From an uncultured Candidatus Micrarchaeota archaeon (GTDB lineage Archaea > Micrarchaeota > Micrarchaeia > Burarchaeales > Fermentimicrarchaeaceae), in contig CAVXDX010000012.1 of assembly GCA_963760615.1 (NCBI GenBank), positions 3,338 through 67,337 of the forward strand: a stretch of DNA of 64,000 nucleotides, in the 5' to 3' direction. Below are positions 44,284 through 53,913 of the stretch, in pieces; position 1 is the stretch's first letter; each line of letters opens with the position of its first letter. The notes beneath the pieces are model-generated. The model saw nothing but the letters and a program-made list of their open reading frames with translations, was not told the origin of the DNA and did no database searches. Both the position numbers and the translations under genes were made by a program.

Positions 44284-44571
44284 CTAGCAAACTGATAAAA
44301 TGGTAGTGGCCAGGAGTGCTGCTAGAATTATAACTAACGGTAGAGAAAGAATTGGATTTTGGGATGATACGATAATGAGAGTTATAAACATGTAAAAGAT
44401 TATGATGTAATATAATTGTGGAGTTGCACAGTGATTGGGTTCCGCATAAGCCATAAAAAGAAATCCCAAAATAAGTATTGTTGTCAAAATTTGGAGCAGT
44501 AGCCTATACTTCCTTTGATTATCTGGTTTATTTAATTCACCTTTCTTTGCCATCCAACCACCCATCACCAC
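44284..44571 (-). CDS. Small membrane protein (95 aa)
   Basis: Hydrophobic ORF. Confidence 0.3.
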   Translation of the reverse strand: MVMGGWMAKKGELNKPDNQRKYRLLLQILTTILILGFLFMAYAEPNHCATPQLYYIIIFYMFITLIIVSSQNPILSLPLVIILAALLATTILSVC

Positions 44572-45125
44572 TCATTATACTCAGTATCATTGAACTCATA
44601 AACAATTTTGTTCTCCTCATCCTTCTCCGTTGATATCTGGGCTTCCAGAATCTCCTTGCTGCCTGCAAGGTTTATGTCATGCACCGGGTCAAAGAGGTAA
44701 TACCTGCTGCCGAAGCTGAACATGACGAAGGCGTGCTTCAAGCCTCCCTTCGTCTCCACAACCACCTTTGCGCTTCTATTGCCGAGAGCTATGAGCAAGG
44801 AACACAGCAGTATTGCCTTGTCCATCTCGTCAGCTGCACTCAGCTCGAGTATGTCCCTCGGGCTGAGCCAGAACTCTATGTTGACGTGCTCATTCTTAAT
44901 CTCATCCTTCACAAACTCGAAAGACTTCTGGGAAGCAGCGAGGAAATCCCTCTCATAATCATAGGGCTTGAACTCCCTCGTCAGCTTGTCCCTCAGCTCT
45001 ATAACCGCAGAGCTCTGCGGCTTCACCAGGCTTCTCAGCTCAGGGATGGATTTGCTCTCCCCTGCTTCTATGAGCTCCCTGTAGCGCTCTATTATCTTCT
45101 TGTAGATTAGTTCGCGCCTCTTCAA
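44565..45125 (-). CDS. Hypothetical protein; the in-frame ORF continues upstream to an ATA triplet run near 45230
   Basis: The ORF is open for about 35 additional codons upstream (IIIFAANIIPFLRKREAPEPKPEPDEAAKECESELEV) with no ATG/GTG/TTG before the TTG at 45125. Confidence 0.4.
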   Translation of the reverse strand: MKRRELIYKKIIERYRELIEAGESKSIPELRSLVKPQSSAVIELRDKLTREFKPYDYERDFLAASQKSFEFVKDEIKNEHVNIEFWLSPRDILELSAADEMDKAILLCSLLIALGNRSAKVVVETKGGLKHAFVMFSFGSRYYLFDPVHDINLAGSKEILEAQISTEKDEENKIVYEFNDTEYNEW

Positions 45126-45300
45126 AACCTCGAGCTCAGATTCGCATTCTTTGGCCGCCTCATCAGGCTCTGGCTTGGGCTCTGGCGCCTCCCTCTTCCT
45201 GAGGAATGGGATGATGTTGGCGGCAAATATTATTATATATACCCACTATGTATCTACTTATGACGAATTGTTAATAAATGGTTAAGGTGATTTAACGAAT

Positions 45301-46593
45301 ATAACTTTTTTTGGCGGTGCTGGTGAGGTCGGAAGGAACTGTATACTGGTTGAGGATGGAAGGTCAAATCTTCTGCTTGATGCCGGCGTGAAGCTGGGGG
45401 AAACTGACGAATACCCGCTCATACGCGATGAAGAGGTAAGGACGCTGCACAGGATAGCAATAAGCCACACTCACTTGGACCACATGGGCTATCTGCCTTA
45501 CATGTACGCAAGGGGGTGCAGGGCGACAGTATACTCGACAAAACCAACTCATGACCTGAGCCAGCTGCTGCTCGCGGATTACCAGAGGATAAACAGGGGT
45601 ATGAAGTTCAGCAATAATGACATAATAAAGGCAATGAAGATGTGGAAGATGGTCGAGTACGGGGAGGTTGTCGGCGAAGGGCTAAAGTTCTCCTTCCACA
45701 AATCAGGTCATATACTTGGCAGCTCCATGGTGCTTGTGCAGGGCGACAGCAGACTGCTCTTCAGCTCTGATGTCAACGATAGGGAGACCAAGCTGCTCGA
45801 CCCGGCAGAGAGGAACATTGTTGCAGAGAACCTCATAATTGAGAGCACTTACGGGGCTCCTGGGGATGAGCACCCTACTCTTAAGAACGCATCAAAGATG
45901 CTGTGCGACAGCATAAACAGGACAATCAAGAAAGGGGGAAAGGTTATCATACCGAGCTTTGCTGTGGGGAGGGCGCAGGACATACTTTTCGTCCTTGAGA
46001 GCTACATGAGTTCCGGAGTACTAGAGCATGTGCCGATATTTGTTGACGGGATGATACTGAAGGCAAACAGGATATACAGGCAGAATGTGATATATGCCAG
46101 AGATGAGATACAGAAAAGGATACTCATGAGCGATGACGACCCGTTCAAGAGCAAGTTCTTCCACACTCCGCACACAAAGGACAGGAGCGATGTGATTGAG
46201 AGAGGTAGCGCAATAATTGTATCCACCTCAGGAATGCTTACAGGAGGTCCTGTGCTGCACTATATGGAGAAGCTTGCAGGGGATAGCAGGAATTTGCTCA
46301 TCTTCGTTGGCTACCAAGCAGAAGGAACTCTGGGGAGGAAGCTGGTTGAGGGGCAGAAGCATATGACCATAGACGGCAAGGAAGTTGAGATTAAGATGGG
46401 GGTTGAGCAGCTGTCTTTCAGCGCCCACGCGGACTATAAGGGTCTGCTTGACATAGTGAGGAGCACAAAGAAGCTGAAGAGGGTTTTCGTCATACACGGG
46501 GAGGGGGACAAGCCGAGGGAGCTTGGAGAGGCCATAGGGAAGATGGGATATGAGGTTGTTATACCCAGGAATGGAGAGAGCTTCAGGATTTAA
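45301..46593 (+). CDS. Beta-CASP metallo-beta-lactamase nuclease (aCPSF2/RNase J-like); conserved N-terminus begins at an in-frame ATA 45301, first ATG is at 45388
   Basis: (I)TFFGGAGEVGRNCILVEDGRSNLLLDAG is the canonical MBL first strand and lies upstream of the first ATG. HTHLDH is the HxHxDH motif, and beta-CASP motifs follow. GGTGA SD-like sits 10 nt upstream of ATA. Confidence 0.6.
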   Translation: MTFFGGAGEVGRNCILVEDGRSNLLLDAGVKLGETDEYPLIRDEEVRTLHRIAISHTHLDHMGYLPYMYARGCRATVYSTKPTHDLSQLLLADYQRINRGMKFSNNDIIKAMKMWKMVEYGEVVGEGLKFSFHKSGHILGSSMVLVQGDSRLLFSSDVNDRETKLLDPAERNIVAENLIIESTYGAPGDEHPTLKNASKMLCDSINRTIKKGGKVIIPSFAVGRAQDILFVLESYMSSGVLEHVPIFVDGMILKANRIYRQNVIYARDEIQKRILMSDDDPFKSKFFHTPHTKDRSDVIERGSAIIVSTSGMLTGGPVLHYMEKLAGDSRNLLIFVGYQAEGTLGRKLVEGQKHMTIDGKEVEIKMGVEQLSFSAHADYKGLLDIVRSTKKLKRVFVIHGEGDKPRELGEAIGKMGYEVVIPRNGESFRI

Positions 46594-46624
46594 TATTTAA
46601 ATTAAGGGATGCAATTCTAATTGT

Positions 46625-47941
46625 ATGGAATCCGCTTTTCTCAAGAGGTGCCAGGAAGTCAGAAAATGCATAGAGAGCTTCAGCAAGCCCCTTATTGTGC
46701 ACCACTACGATGCAGATGGAATGGCAGCGGGCGCGCTGGTTGCAAAGGCGCTGAGGAAGAGGGGAATTATGTATAACATGCTGACTCTGCGCAAGCTGGA
46801 AGAGAGAAACGAGATAAAGGAGGCAAAAGAGCTGATTTTTGTCGATTTTGGCGGGGTTGAGGAGGCGCTGGGGGAGGCGCTGAAGGGGAAGAAAGCTGTC
46901 ATAATAGACCACCACCCGGGGGGAGAGGGCAGTTTTCTGCAGGCCAACCCGCACCTCTTCGGGTTTGACGGGGGAAGCGACATAAGCTCAGCAGGCACAG
47001 CTTACATGGTGTTTGGAGATGTTGAATTTGTTGATTTGGCTCTTGTTGGCGCTGTCGGGGACATGCAGTTCCCCCTGAAAAGCTTGAACAGGGAGATTCT
47101 CAGGGAAGGGATAAAGAATGGAATTGCCAGGTGCGATATTGATTTGGGCATCTTCGGGAGGGTTAGCAGGCCTCTTGTCTGGTTCCTCTCCTACTGCACA
47201 GAGCCCTTCCTGCCAGGTCTAACTGGGAATGAAAAGAGCTGCTACAGGTTTCTTAGCGAGGCGAGCATAGAGTTGAAGCAGGAAAATAGATGGAGGAAGT
47301 ATTTTGAGCTCAGCATGGAGGAGAGAGTGAGGCTCATCTCGGCTCTTGTTGCCTACCTTTACTCAAAAGGAATTGGAGAAGTTGCCAGCGAGCTCATTGG
47401 GGAGGTTTACATTCTTACAAAACAGCCTGAGGGAAGCGAGCTGAGCGATGCCAAGGAGTACAGCACTTTACTTAATGCATGCGGGAGGCATGACAGGCCT
47501 GACATAGGCATAAGAGTATGCCTTGGGGAGGAGGGGGCTCTGGAGGAGTCCAGAAAACTGCTCTATGAGCACAGGAGGCAGCTGAGGGAGGGGATGTTCT
47601 ACGCAATATCCAAGTACGAAAACTACGGGAAATTCTATTTCCTTGATGGGAGAGACCACATAGAAGACGGCATCATAGGCATAATCGCAGGCATGCTTTA
47701 CGGCGGGGCTCTTGCCAGCGACAAGCCGATAGTTGGGATTGCAAATGATAGGGGAGGAAAGATAAAAATTTCCGCAAGGGCGACCAAAAAGCTTGTTGAG
47801 AGAGGGATGAATCTTGGTGAGGCTCTTGGGAATGCATGCAGAGGGATAGGAGCAGGAGGGGGGCACAACATAGCTGCAGGCGCAACAATAGAAAGCAACA
47901 AGCTCAATGAATTTTTAATAAACTTCGCAAAAGAGCTATAG
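46625..47941 (+). CDS. DHH-family phosphoesterase (RecJ/GAN-like or nanoRNase-like)
   Basis: DHH motifs are present (HHYDADG; AVIIDHHPGG). A DHHA1-like C-terminal Gly-rich region (GGGHNIAAG) follows. Confidence 0.55.
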   Translation: MESAFLKRCQEVRKCIESFSKPLIVHHYDADGMAAGALVAKALRKRGIMYNMLTLRKLEERNEIKEAKELIFVDFGGVEEALGEALKGKKAVIIDHHPGGEGSFLQANPHLFGFDGGSDISSAGTAYMVFGDVEFVDLALVGAVGDMQFPLKSLNREILREGIKNGIARCDIDLGIFGRVSRPLVWFLSYCTEPFLPGLTGNEKSCYRFLSEASIELKQENRWRKYFELSMEERVRLISALVAYLYSKGIGEVASELIGEVYILTKQPEGSELSDAKEYSTLLNACGRHDRPDIGIRVCLGEEGALEESRKLLYEHRRQLREGMFYAISKYENYGKFYFLDGRDHIEDGIIGIIAGMLYGGALASDKPIVGIANDRGGKIKISARATKKLVERGMNLGEALGNACRGIGAGGGHNIAAGATIESNKLNEFLINFAKEL

Positions 47942-48823
47942 TATTCTACATCCTACTATTTCGAATAAGGCCATGAGGATGAATTGCGCCACAAGATTGG
48001 CTACCATGGGCAGCACGGCAGTTGCACCAAAAAGTTTTAGTACTATGGCGAAGGACAGCATGGCATTCTTGACGCTGGTTGCAACGAAAAACGTCACTGC
48101 TGACTTCTTTCCATACCTCTTACCAAATAGGTAGGCCAGCACACCACCAAAAAGAAGCATGAAGAAAATTATGACAGTCTGCTGGAGGAACATCTGCTCA
48201 TTTCCCGCTATGACTCCATAGCTCACACCAATTATGCTTGAAGCGAGGAGGAACATGACAACAAGCTGGTAATCCTTGTGTGTGTTTATGCTTTCAACCA
48301 GTTTTTTGAAGAGTTTTTTTGAAAGTAGAGCTACGAGTATTGGGATTACTATGACTTCTATGAGAATTGTGAAAATTTTATTATTGTCAATTGAGCCTGA
48401 AGCTCCACCCAGCAGGTATACGGTAAGAGGAAGCGTGACTATTGAAAGAAGCGATGCTATGAAGGATATTGCAACTCCGAGTGCAATATCCCCTCCCAGA
48501 AATGATGTGAAGAATGCTGTTGCCGCTGCGCTCGGTGACGCCAGTGCGAAAAGCACCCCTAAGAAAGTCATGGAGTCTGAAAGCTTGAACGGCAAGGCAA
48601 GCAGAGGCATCAAAACAAAGACAAAAAGCAGAAGGACCAGCAGCTGCCTTGGGTTGGCCTTTTCCAAATCTTTCTTTTCCACCCTCAGCGCAGAGAAAAA
48701 CATCAGGAGGGCAAGAAGGAAGTTCTGGTAATCCTTCCAAAGCAGTGTAATATTTGGGAACAGTAGTCCGCATGCTATTGAGAGAAATATTACAATTGAA
48801 AATAGGTATCTACTCATCCGCAT
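47936..48823 (-). CDS. Bile acid:sodium symporter (BASS/AEC-like) family transporter
   Basis: Polytopic membrane protein, 295 aa, with BASS-like helices. Confidence 0.45.
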   Translation of the reverse strand: MRMSRYLFSIVIFLSIACGLLFPNITLLWKDYQNFLLALLMFFSALRVEKKDLEKANPRQLLVLLLFVFVLMPLLALPFKLSDSMTFLGVLFALASPSAAATAFFTSFLGGDIALGVAISFIASLLSIVTLPLTVYLLGGASGSIDNNKIFTILIEVIVIPILVALLSKKLFKKLVESINTHKDYQLVVMFLLASSIIGVSYGVIAGNEQMFLQQTVIIFFMLLFGGVLAYLFGKRYGKKSAVTFFVATSVKNAMLSFAIVLKLFGATAVLPMVANLVAQFILMALFEIVGCRIL

Positions 48824-49466
48824 CGAACTCGCTCAGCTTCCTCTGCTTCAGCTTGTCAATTGTTTCCCATTCCTTCCTTATGTACTTGTGAATTTCCGGC
48901 CTGTGGAAGTTCTTCTTCAGAAAATCTATCGTCCTGTCATCGGAGCTGTAGCCGCTCCCAAAATTGCAGCAGAGCTCCTTCTTTATCTCCTCAATTACTG
49001 CATCCCTCTCCACCTTTGCTATGATGGATGCAGCCGAGCATATGGGGTAGTTGAAGTCCGCCTTGTGCTCGCAGATGAGCTGCTCATCGCCAAGGTGGTA
49101 TTTCCTTATCCTCGTGCAGAACCTATTGGCAACAGTATCCGGCGAGTCTATGTAAACAACCTCTGGAGGAGTTTTTAGGAGGGAGAGGGCTTTCCCAAGC
49201 TCCATGGCCTCAATTTCATTCAGGCTGTGCTTCTTCATCTCCTCATTCAGCGAGTTTGCGGTCGTCTTCATAACCACAAACTCTCTGCATAGGGAGGTCA
49301 TCTTTCCGTAGAGGTGCTCCCTCTTTTTAGGTGTGAGGAGCTTTGAGTCCTTCACGCCAATCTTCCTGAGCTCCTCCTCCTTCTCCTTTTCGATGGTTGC
49401 AAGGCATATGACAAGCGGGCCGAGCACGCACCCCCTGCCAGCCTCGTCTGCCCCTCCTATGAGTAT
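48810..49466 (-). CDS. rnhB: Ribonuclease HII; conserved N-terminus extends upstream of the GTG at 49427 to an in-frame ATA
   Basis: ILIGGADEAGRGCVLGPLVICL is the RNase HII GIDEAGRGP active-site motif and lies upstream of the track start. ...GVKDSKLLTPKKRE follows. An in-frame TAA lies 4 codons before the ATA. GAGGTGG SD-like sits 4 nt before ATA. Confidence 0.65.
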   Translation of the reverse strand: MLIGGADEAGRGCVLGPLVICLATIEKEKEEELRKIGVKDSKLLTPKKREHLYGKMTSLCREFVVMKTTANSLNEEMKKHSLNEIEAMELGKALSLLKTPPEVVYIDSPDTVANRFCTRIRKYHLGDEQLICEHKADFNYPICSAASIIAKVERDAVIEEIKKELCCNFGSGYSSDDRTIDFLKKNFHRPEIHKYIRKEWETIDKLKQRKLSEFDADE

Positions 49467-49513
49467 GGTACCACCTCTTTAAACTAAAGAAACAGAATGA
49501 GAAAGGGTAAAAA

Positions 49514-49774
49514 TCAAAGCACTTTCTTGTCAAGTATTATGTGGTCCGAAACAGCGAGCACTGCAGAGTATGGGATGAGGAGCATTCCCTCCTCTCTCTT
49601 CATCTTTCTCACCGTCGGGTTGTCCACATTGGGCTCAACAATCAGCGACTCTATCTTTCCAGTGACCTCGCTGACGTAGGCATCAACGAATTTCCCTATC
49701 TCTTCCCCGTCATTTGTTATCAGCTTCTTGCCAGCCAGCTGTTTCGCAATAACGAATTTTCCCATCGATACCAC
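49514..49774 (-). CDS. PRC-barrel domain protein
   Basis: 86-aa beta-rich protein with a PRC-like pattern. Assignment is weak. Confidence 0.3.
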   Translation of the reverse strand: MVSMGKFVIAKQLAGKKLITNDGEEIGKFVDAYVSEVTGKIESLIVEPNVDNPTVRKMKREEGMLLIPYSAVLAVSDHIILDKKVL

Positions 49775-49810
49775 CTTTCAATCTCAAGAGACTTTTATCT
49801 TCTAGGTTAT

Positions 49811-50284
49811 TTAAATAGCTTTCGTATAGTCGCGCCAGAAGAGCGGAATTAGACCTGCGATGAAAGCTAAGGTGACGATTATTCTAACTTGTTTTTCATC
49901 GCTAATGCCGAAGTATAACATGCCAAATACAGCTGCCAGCACAATTATGAGCATTATAATCAGCTCCTTGAAAGGCGGGTGCAAAATATGATGTAGAGGT
50001 GTCCCTAGGATATCACGTGTCTTTTCTGCCTCTTCTCTAGATATCTTAGATTCTTTGATTTTTTTATCAAGTTCATTCCCTCTGTGGTATAAATATGGGA
50101 AGACAAGTATTGCTCCGATAAGAAAAGCTACCCAAGGATTAACATTAAAAATAACGGATAGGGTAAGTGTTATTGCAACGAAAACGAACCCTCCTACATA
50201 TTGTATTTTTTTAAGCTCTTTCGCAAAACTTTCTATTTTCCTTCTTTCTGCTTGGCTCAAACAACCACCTAGGGCTGCTCCCAC
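49811..50284 (-). CDS. Membrane protein (157 aa)
   Basis: Hydrophobic ORF. Confidence 0.3.
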   Translation of the reverse strand: MGAALGGCLSQAERRKIESFAKELKKIQYVGGFVFVAITLTLSVIFNVNPWVAFLIGAILVFPYLYHRGNELDKKIKESKISREEAEKTRDILGTPLHHILHPPFKELIIMLIIVLAAVFGMLYFGISDEKQVRIIVTLAFIAGLIPLFWRDYTKAI

Positions 50285-51438
50285 TCAATCTCGTAATACT
50301 CGTACTTGCTTCCCGGCAGCTCTATCCTCCTCACCCTGTAGTATGTTACAGAGGTTTCCCTATCGCTTATTGCAAGAATCAAATCCAACCCCAGCTTCTT
50401 TGCACTTTCAATTGCCTCTGCCAGCTCAGCACCGCCAATCTGCTCCTCCTCGCTGAGTGACAACATAATAAAGCTAGGGTCATCCTTGCCGGGAACTTCC
50501 ACCCCTCCATTTTTTCTGTGGTAGAGCAGAAAATCCAGCTTCGCCTTTGCCTTCCTCTTCGCACCGGGTATGGCAAGTATGAATGTCTTCCTCACGCTGT
50601 GCGCCACCCTTATTGCCCTGGCCCACTCAGAAATTAACATTCTGCTGCTTCTTGGAAATACATGTATGACATGCTTGGAGTGCACCCACTCCTCACCAGT
50701 CTTAGTTGGAGATGCCTTTGGGAAGTACACTCTGAAATGCGTGCCGAATTTGAAGCCCGTCTTGAGTATGAAACCCCTCAGCCTCCAGTCCTCGTATACA
50801 TCATACATGTAGTGCAAATCAGGCCTGCTCTTCTTTGCGTATGCCTTAACCCTCCTCTCGCTTGAATTTTTCAAATGCAGCCCGCAGTGCTCCAGCATGA
50901 AAAGAGTTTCGTAAACATCCAACTTTGAGAGCTTGCCCCTCTGCTCTGCCTTGTAGCTGCCAAACTGCCCCAGCCAGTAGTTTTCATACAGTTCCCTTCC
51001 AACCTCCTCATCATCAATGATTGTAATCAAATCGTCCGGAAAGAACAATCCTTCAATGCTGTATTTCGGGGATGTGAATTTTCCTGAGGGGTATTTCTTT
51101 ATTGGGCTCTTTCCATAACTCCCCCTTGCCTCTTCAATATTCCTCACCATGAGGCCCCTGTCCCTCCAGTCTTTATAGGTGAAATACCTTGCCATGAGCT
51201 TCTTTGAGTATAAGAAATGCGAGAGGTCATTGAATCTCAGCTCGTTGCCCTTCTCATCATAACATTTGGCATTCCTTATGTCCATGAAGTATAACGCCTC
51301 TTCAGGGAAAAGGTAAACAACTCCTTTTCTCATCACTCCATAATGACCGTTCTGCAAAGAGCTGACAGACTCTGGCTCGCTAACTGTGAGCTCCTTGCTC
51401 TGAATGTTGAATGAAATTGTCACTGGCATCTGTTTCAC
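50269..51438 (-). CDS. endA: tRNA-splicing endonuclease (EndA), long single-chain form (389 aa)
   Basis: Catalytic-domain signature GFKFGTHFRVY...HSKH matches the EndA Tyr/His/Lys catalytic region. The 389-aa length implies multiple fused repeat units. Confidence 0.6.
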   Translation of the reverse strand: MKQMPVTISFNIQSKELTVSEPESVSSLQNGHYGVMRKGVVYLFPEEALYFMDIRNAKCYDEKGNELRFNDLSHFLYSKKLMARYFTYKDWRDRGLMVRNIEEARGSYGKSPIKKYPSGKFTSPKYSIEGLFFPDDLITIIDDEEVGRELYENYWLGQFGSYKAEQRGKLSKLDVYETLFMLEHCGLHLKNSSERRVKAYAKKSRPDLHYMYDVYEDWRLRGFILKTGFKFGTHFRVYFPKASPTKTGEEWVHSKHVIHVFPRSSRMLISEWARAIRVAHSVRKTFILAIPGAKRKAKAKLDFLLYHRKNGGVEVPGKDDPSFIMLSLSEEEQIGGAELAEAIESAKKLGLDLILAISDRETSVTYYRVRRIELPGSKYEYYEIEWEQP

Positions 51439-51481
51439 TGAATATAAATATGTCTATATATAAATTTAAATTGGTACCACA

Positions 51482-52453
51482 ATGCCATACATACCTGAAG
51501 CTCTTGCAATTCAGCTGAGGAAGCAGCAGTATCATATTGTTGGCAGCCATTCCGCTGTGAAGAGCTGCAAGTATCTGAAGGAGGGCATACTGGGAAAGAG
51601 GCTGTGCTACAAGAACACATTCTACGGGATAGACAGCTGGAGGTGCCTGCAGTGCTCCACCATGGTGAGCTGCAACCTCTCCTGCCGCTTCTGCTGGAGG
51701 ATATCCCCCGAGGATGTGGGGTTAAGCTGGAACGAGATGAGCACTCCTGAATGGGATGCTCCCGAGCTGCTTGCTGACGGGTTTCTTAAAGAGCAGAGGA
51801 GGATAGTCTCAGGTTATAAGGGGAATCCCAAGGTTGACAGGAAGAGGTGGGAGGAGGCGAACACGCCTGCCCATGTCGCAATAAGCCTTGTTGGTGAGGT
51901 GACGATGTATCCCTTCCTCTCAGAACTCATGGATATATTCCACCAGAAGGGTATGAGTACTTTCATTGTGACAAACGGCACGCTTCCCGAGAAGCTCAGC
52001 AGCCTGAAGACATTGCCGACGCAGCTCTACATGTCCCTTGAGGCACCAGATGAGGAAACATACCTCAAGACATGCAGGCCAAAGGTGAAAGACGCCTGGG
52101 AAAGCGTGAACAGGACTCTTGAGCTCTTTCCCTCTCTTAAAACAAGAAGAGTTCTAAGGCTCACCCTTGTCAGGAGATTGAACATGTTCAAGCCTGAGAA
52201 GTATGCAAAGCTCATTCTCAAGTCAGAGCCGGATTATGTTGAGCCCAAGAGCTTTGTTTTTGTGGGCGGCGCAAGGTATAACAGGGGCTTGGAGCTCGGG
52301 GACATGCCGAGCCATGACGATATAAGGGAGTTCGCAAAGAAACTTTCTGAGGAGACGGGCTACATAATATCTGATGAAAGGACTGACAGCAGGGTTGTGC
52401 TTCTCTGCAAGGATAAGGGTGCTGAGAAGAAAAGGTTCATTCAGAAGAAGTAG
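51482..52453 (+). CDS. taw1: Radical SAM tRNA 4-demethylwyosine synthase (Taw1/TYW1)
   Basis: GSHSAVKSCKYLKEGILGKRLCYKNTFYGIDSWRCLQCS...CNLSCRFCWR matches the TYW1 N-terminal Cys motif plus radical-SAM CxxxCxxC. Confidence 0.7.
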   Translation: MPYIPEALAIQLRKQQYHIVGSHSAVKSCKYLKEGILGKRLCYKNTFYGIDSWRCLQCSTMVSCNLSCRFCWRISPEDVGLSWNEMSTPEWDAPELLADGFLKEQRRIVSGYKGNPKVDRKRWEEANTPAHVAISLVGEVTMYPFLSELMDIFHQKGMSTFIVTNGTLPEKLSSLKTLPTQLYMSLEAPDEETYLKTCRPKVKDAWESVNRTLELFPSLKTRRVLRLTLVRRLNMFKPEKYAKLILKSEPDYVEPKSFVFVGGARYNRGLELGDMPSHDDIREFAKKLSEETGYIISDERTDSRVVLLCKDKGAEKKRFIQKK

Positions 52454-52737
52454 GTATTCCTGTCCCGCTCCTTTGCTTTCACTTCCAAGACTGCGCTCTT
52501 CAGCTCATTCTGGGTTGGAACACCTACAAAGGTTAACCTGCCATTTATCAGTATCGCAGGAGTTGATTCCAGGCTTAATTCATCTGCCCTTGCCTGCCCC
52601 TCCTCTGTGATTATGCTTGACTCATGGACTATGACGGGGAACTTGCATTTTGAAACGAAGGTACTGGCAACTCTCAATGCCTTTGGTGAATGAGGGCAGT
52701 TTGGAGAGGTTATAACTTCGATGTATATTGGGTCCAT
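52441..52737 (-). CDS. Small thioredoxin/glutaredoxin-fold protein
   Basis: EVITSPNCPHSPKA shows a CxxS-type Trx-fold motif in a 98-aa protein. Confidence 0.45.
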   Translation of the reverse strand: MDPIYIEVITSPNCPHSPKALRVASTFVSKCKFPVIVHESSIITEEGQARADELSLESTPAILINGRLTFVGVPTQNELKSAVLEVKAKERDRNTYFF

Positions 52738-52781
52738 GATTATTTTTTGTTGCTCGTTATATAAAAACCCCTAGTAAAAGG

Positions 52782-53489
52782 TTAGGCGGGTCTGAGAAGC
52801 CCAAGTTTTCTCTCACTCCTGAAAATCCTGATTTTTGAATTCGGCTTGACTCCGTGAATGAACTGCCCGTCTATGACGAGGTCTGCATTGCCTGCAGTGA
52901 CGCTCATCTCGCATCTTGCTGAGTCTGGAAGCACCACAGGCTTGAATTCCCTCCTGTGGGGTGCTATTGGAACAACCTCATATCTCCTTGCCAGCGGGCT
53001 GAGCTGCGGCGCACCTGCGGAATATGCATACGCACTTGAACCGGTTGGAGTTGAGAAGAGCACCCCGTCTGCCCTGAATTTCCTGCTTCTGCCGCTGAAA
53101 GAAAGTGAAACGTCAATGACTCTGTGGTCTCTGCTCCTGATGCATATTTCATTCAGGGCATTTTCGTAAACTCTGCCAGAAATGCTGCAGCGGAGCATGC
53201 TCCTCCACTCAATTCTTGAGCTGCGCAGCACTGCGGAGAGCATCTTCCTCCAGTTCTTGAAGTTTGACTGGCAGATGAAGCTTCTTTCACTTCCGATTCC
53301 AAAAATAGGCTGCGTGTATCTGTCCTTGTTGTACAACATTGTCCCGTCCCCGCCGATGGTTATTAGGACGTCCCCTCCTCTTTTTAACTCAACCCCATGC
53401 TTCTCAAGGAAGCCCTCAACTTCTTTTTTGAGCTCAACGGCTATTCGTTTATCCGGATTCGGGGTGACAAAGGCGCTTCTTATCTTCAT
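52782..53489 (-). CDS. nadK: NAD kinase
   Basis: The GGDGT motif (ITIGGDGTML) and conserved NAD kinase C-terminal region are present. Confidence 0.7.
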   Translation of the reverse strand: MKIRSAFVTPNPDKRIAVELKKEVEGFLEKHGVELKRGGDVLITIGGDGTMLYNKDRYTQPIFGIGSERSFICQSNFKNWRKMLSAVLRSSRIEWRSMLRCSISGRVYENALNEICIRSRDHRVIDVSLSFSGRSRKFRADGVLFSTPTGSSAYAYSAGAPQLSPLARRYEVVPIAPHRREFKPVVLPDSARCEMSVTAGNADLVIDGQFIHGVKPNSKIRIFRSERKLGLLRPA

Positions 53490-53493
53490 CCAA

Positions 53494-53913
53494 TCACTGA
53501 GATTTTAGTATACTTATTACTATCTCCCTGTCCGACCTCGGCCCATCAAGCTCGCAGAACATTATCCTCTGCCATGTGCCAAGTGCAAGCTTACCCTCCT
53601 CTATGGGTATTGTCCTCCCGCTCCCGAGCATACCACTGAGCAGGTGGGCGCGTGCATTATTGTCTATGTGGTCGTGCGAATAATCCATTTGGGGCAGCAT
53701 TTTTTCAAAAACCTGCTCAAAGTCTCGCTGGAGGTTTGGTTCAAACTCATTTAGGACTATTGCAACGGTTGCATGGGGCGCATGCACCACGCATGCTCCA
53801 AATTTCACACCGCTTTTCTCTACGGCATACTCAATCTGGCTGGTTATGTCGACCAGCTCAATCTTCTTCTTTGTCGATATGGAAAACCTCATTACATCAC
53901 CCTCATCCTGCAA
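53494..53913 (-). CDS. YjbQ/UPF0047 family protein
   Basis: HAPHATVAI...HDHIDNNARAHLLSGMLG is the UPF0047 signature. Confidence 0.65.
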   Translation of the reverse strand: MQDEGDVMRFSISTKKKIELVDITSQIEYAVEKSGVKFGACVVHAPHATVAIVLNEFEPNLQRDFEQVFEKMLPQMDYSHDHIDNNARAHLLSGMLGSGRTIPIEEGKLALGTWQRIMFCELDGPRSDREIVISILKSQ

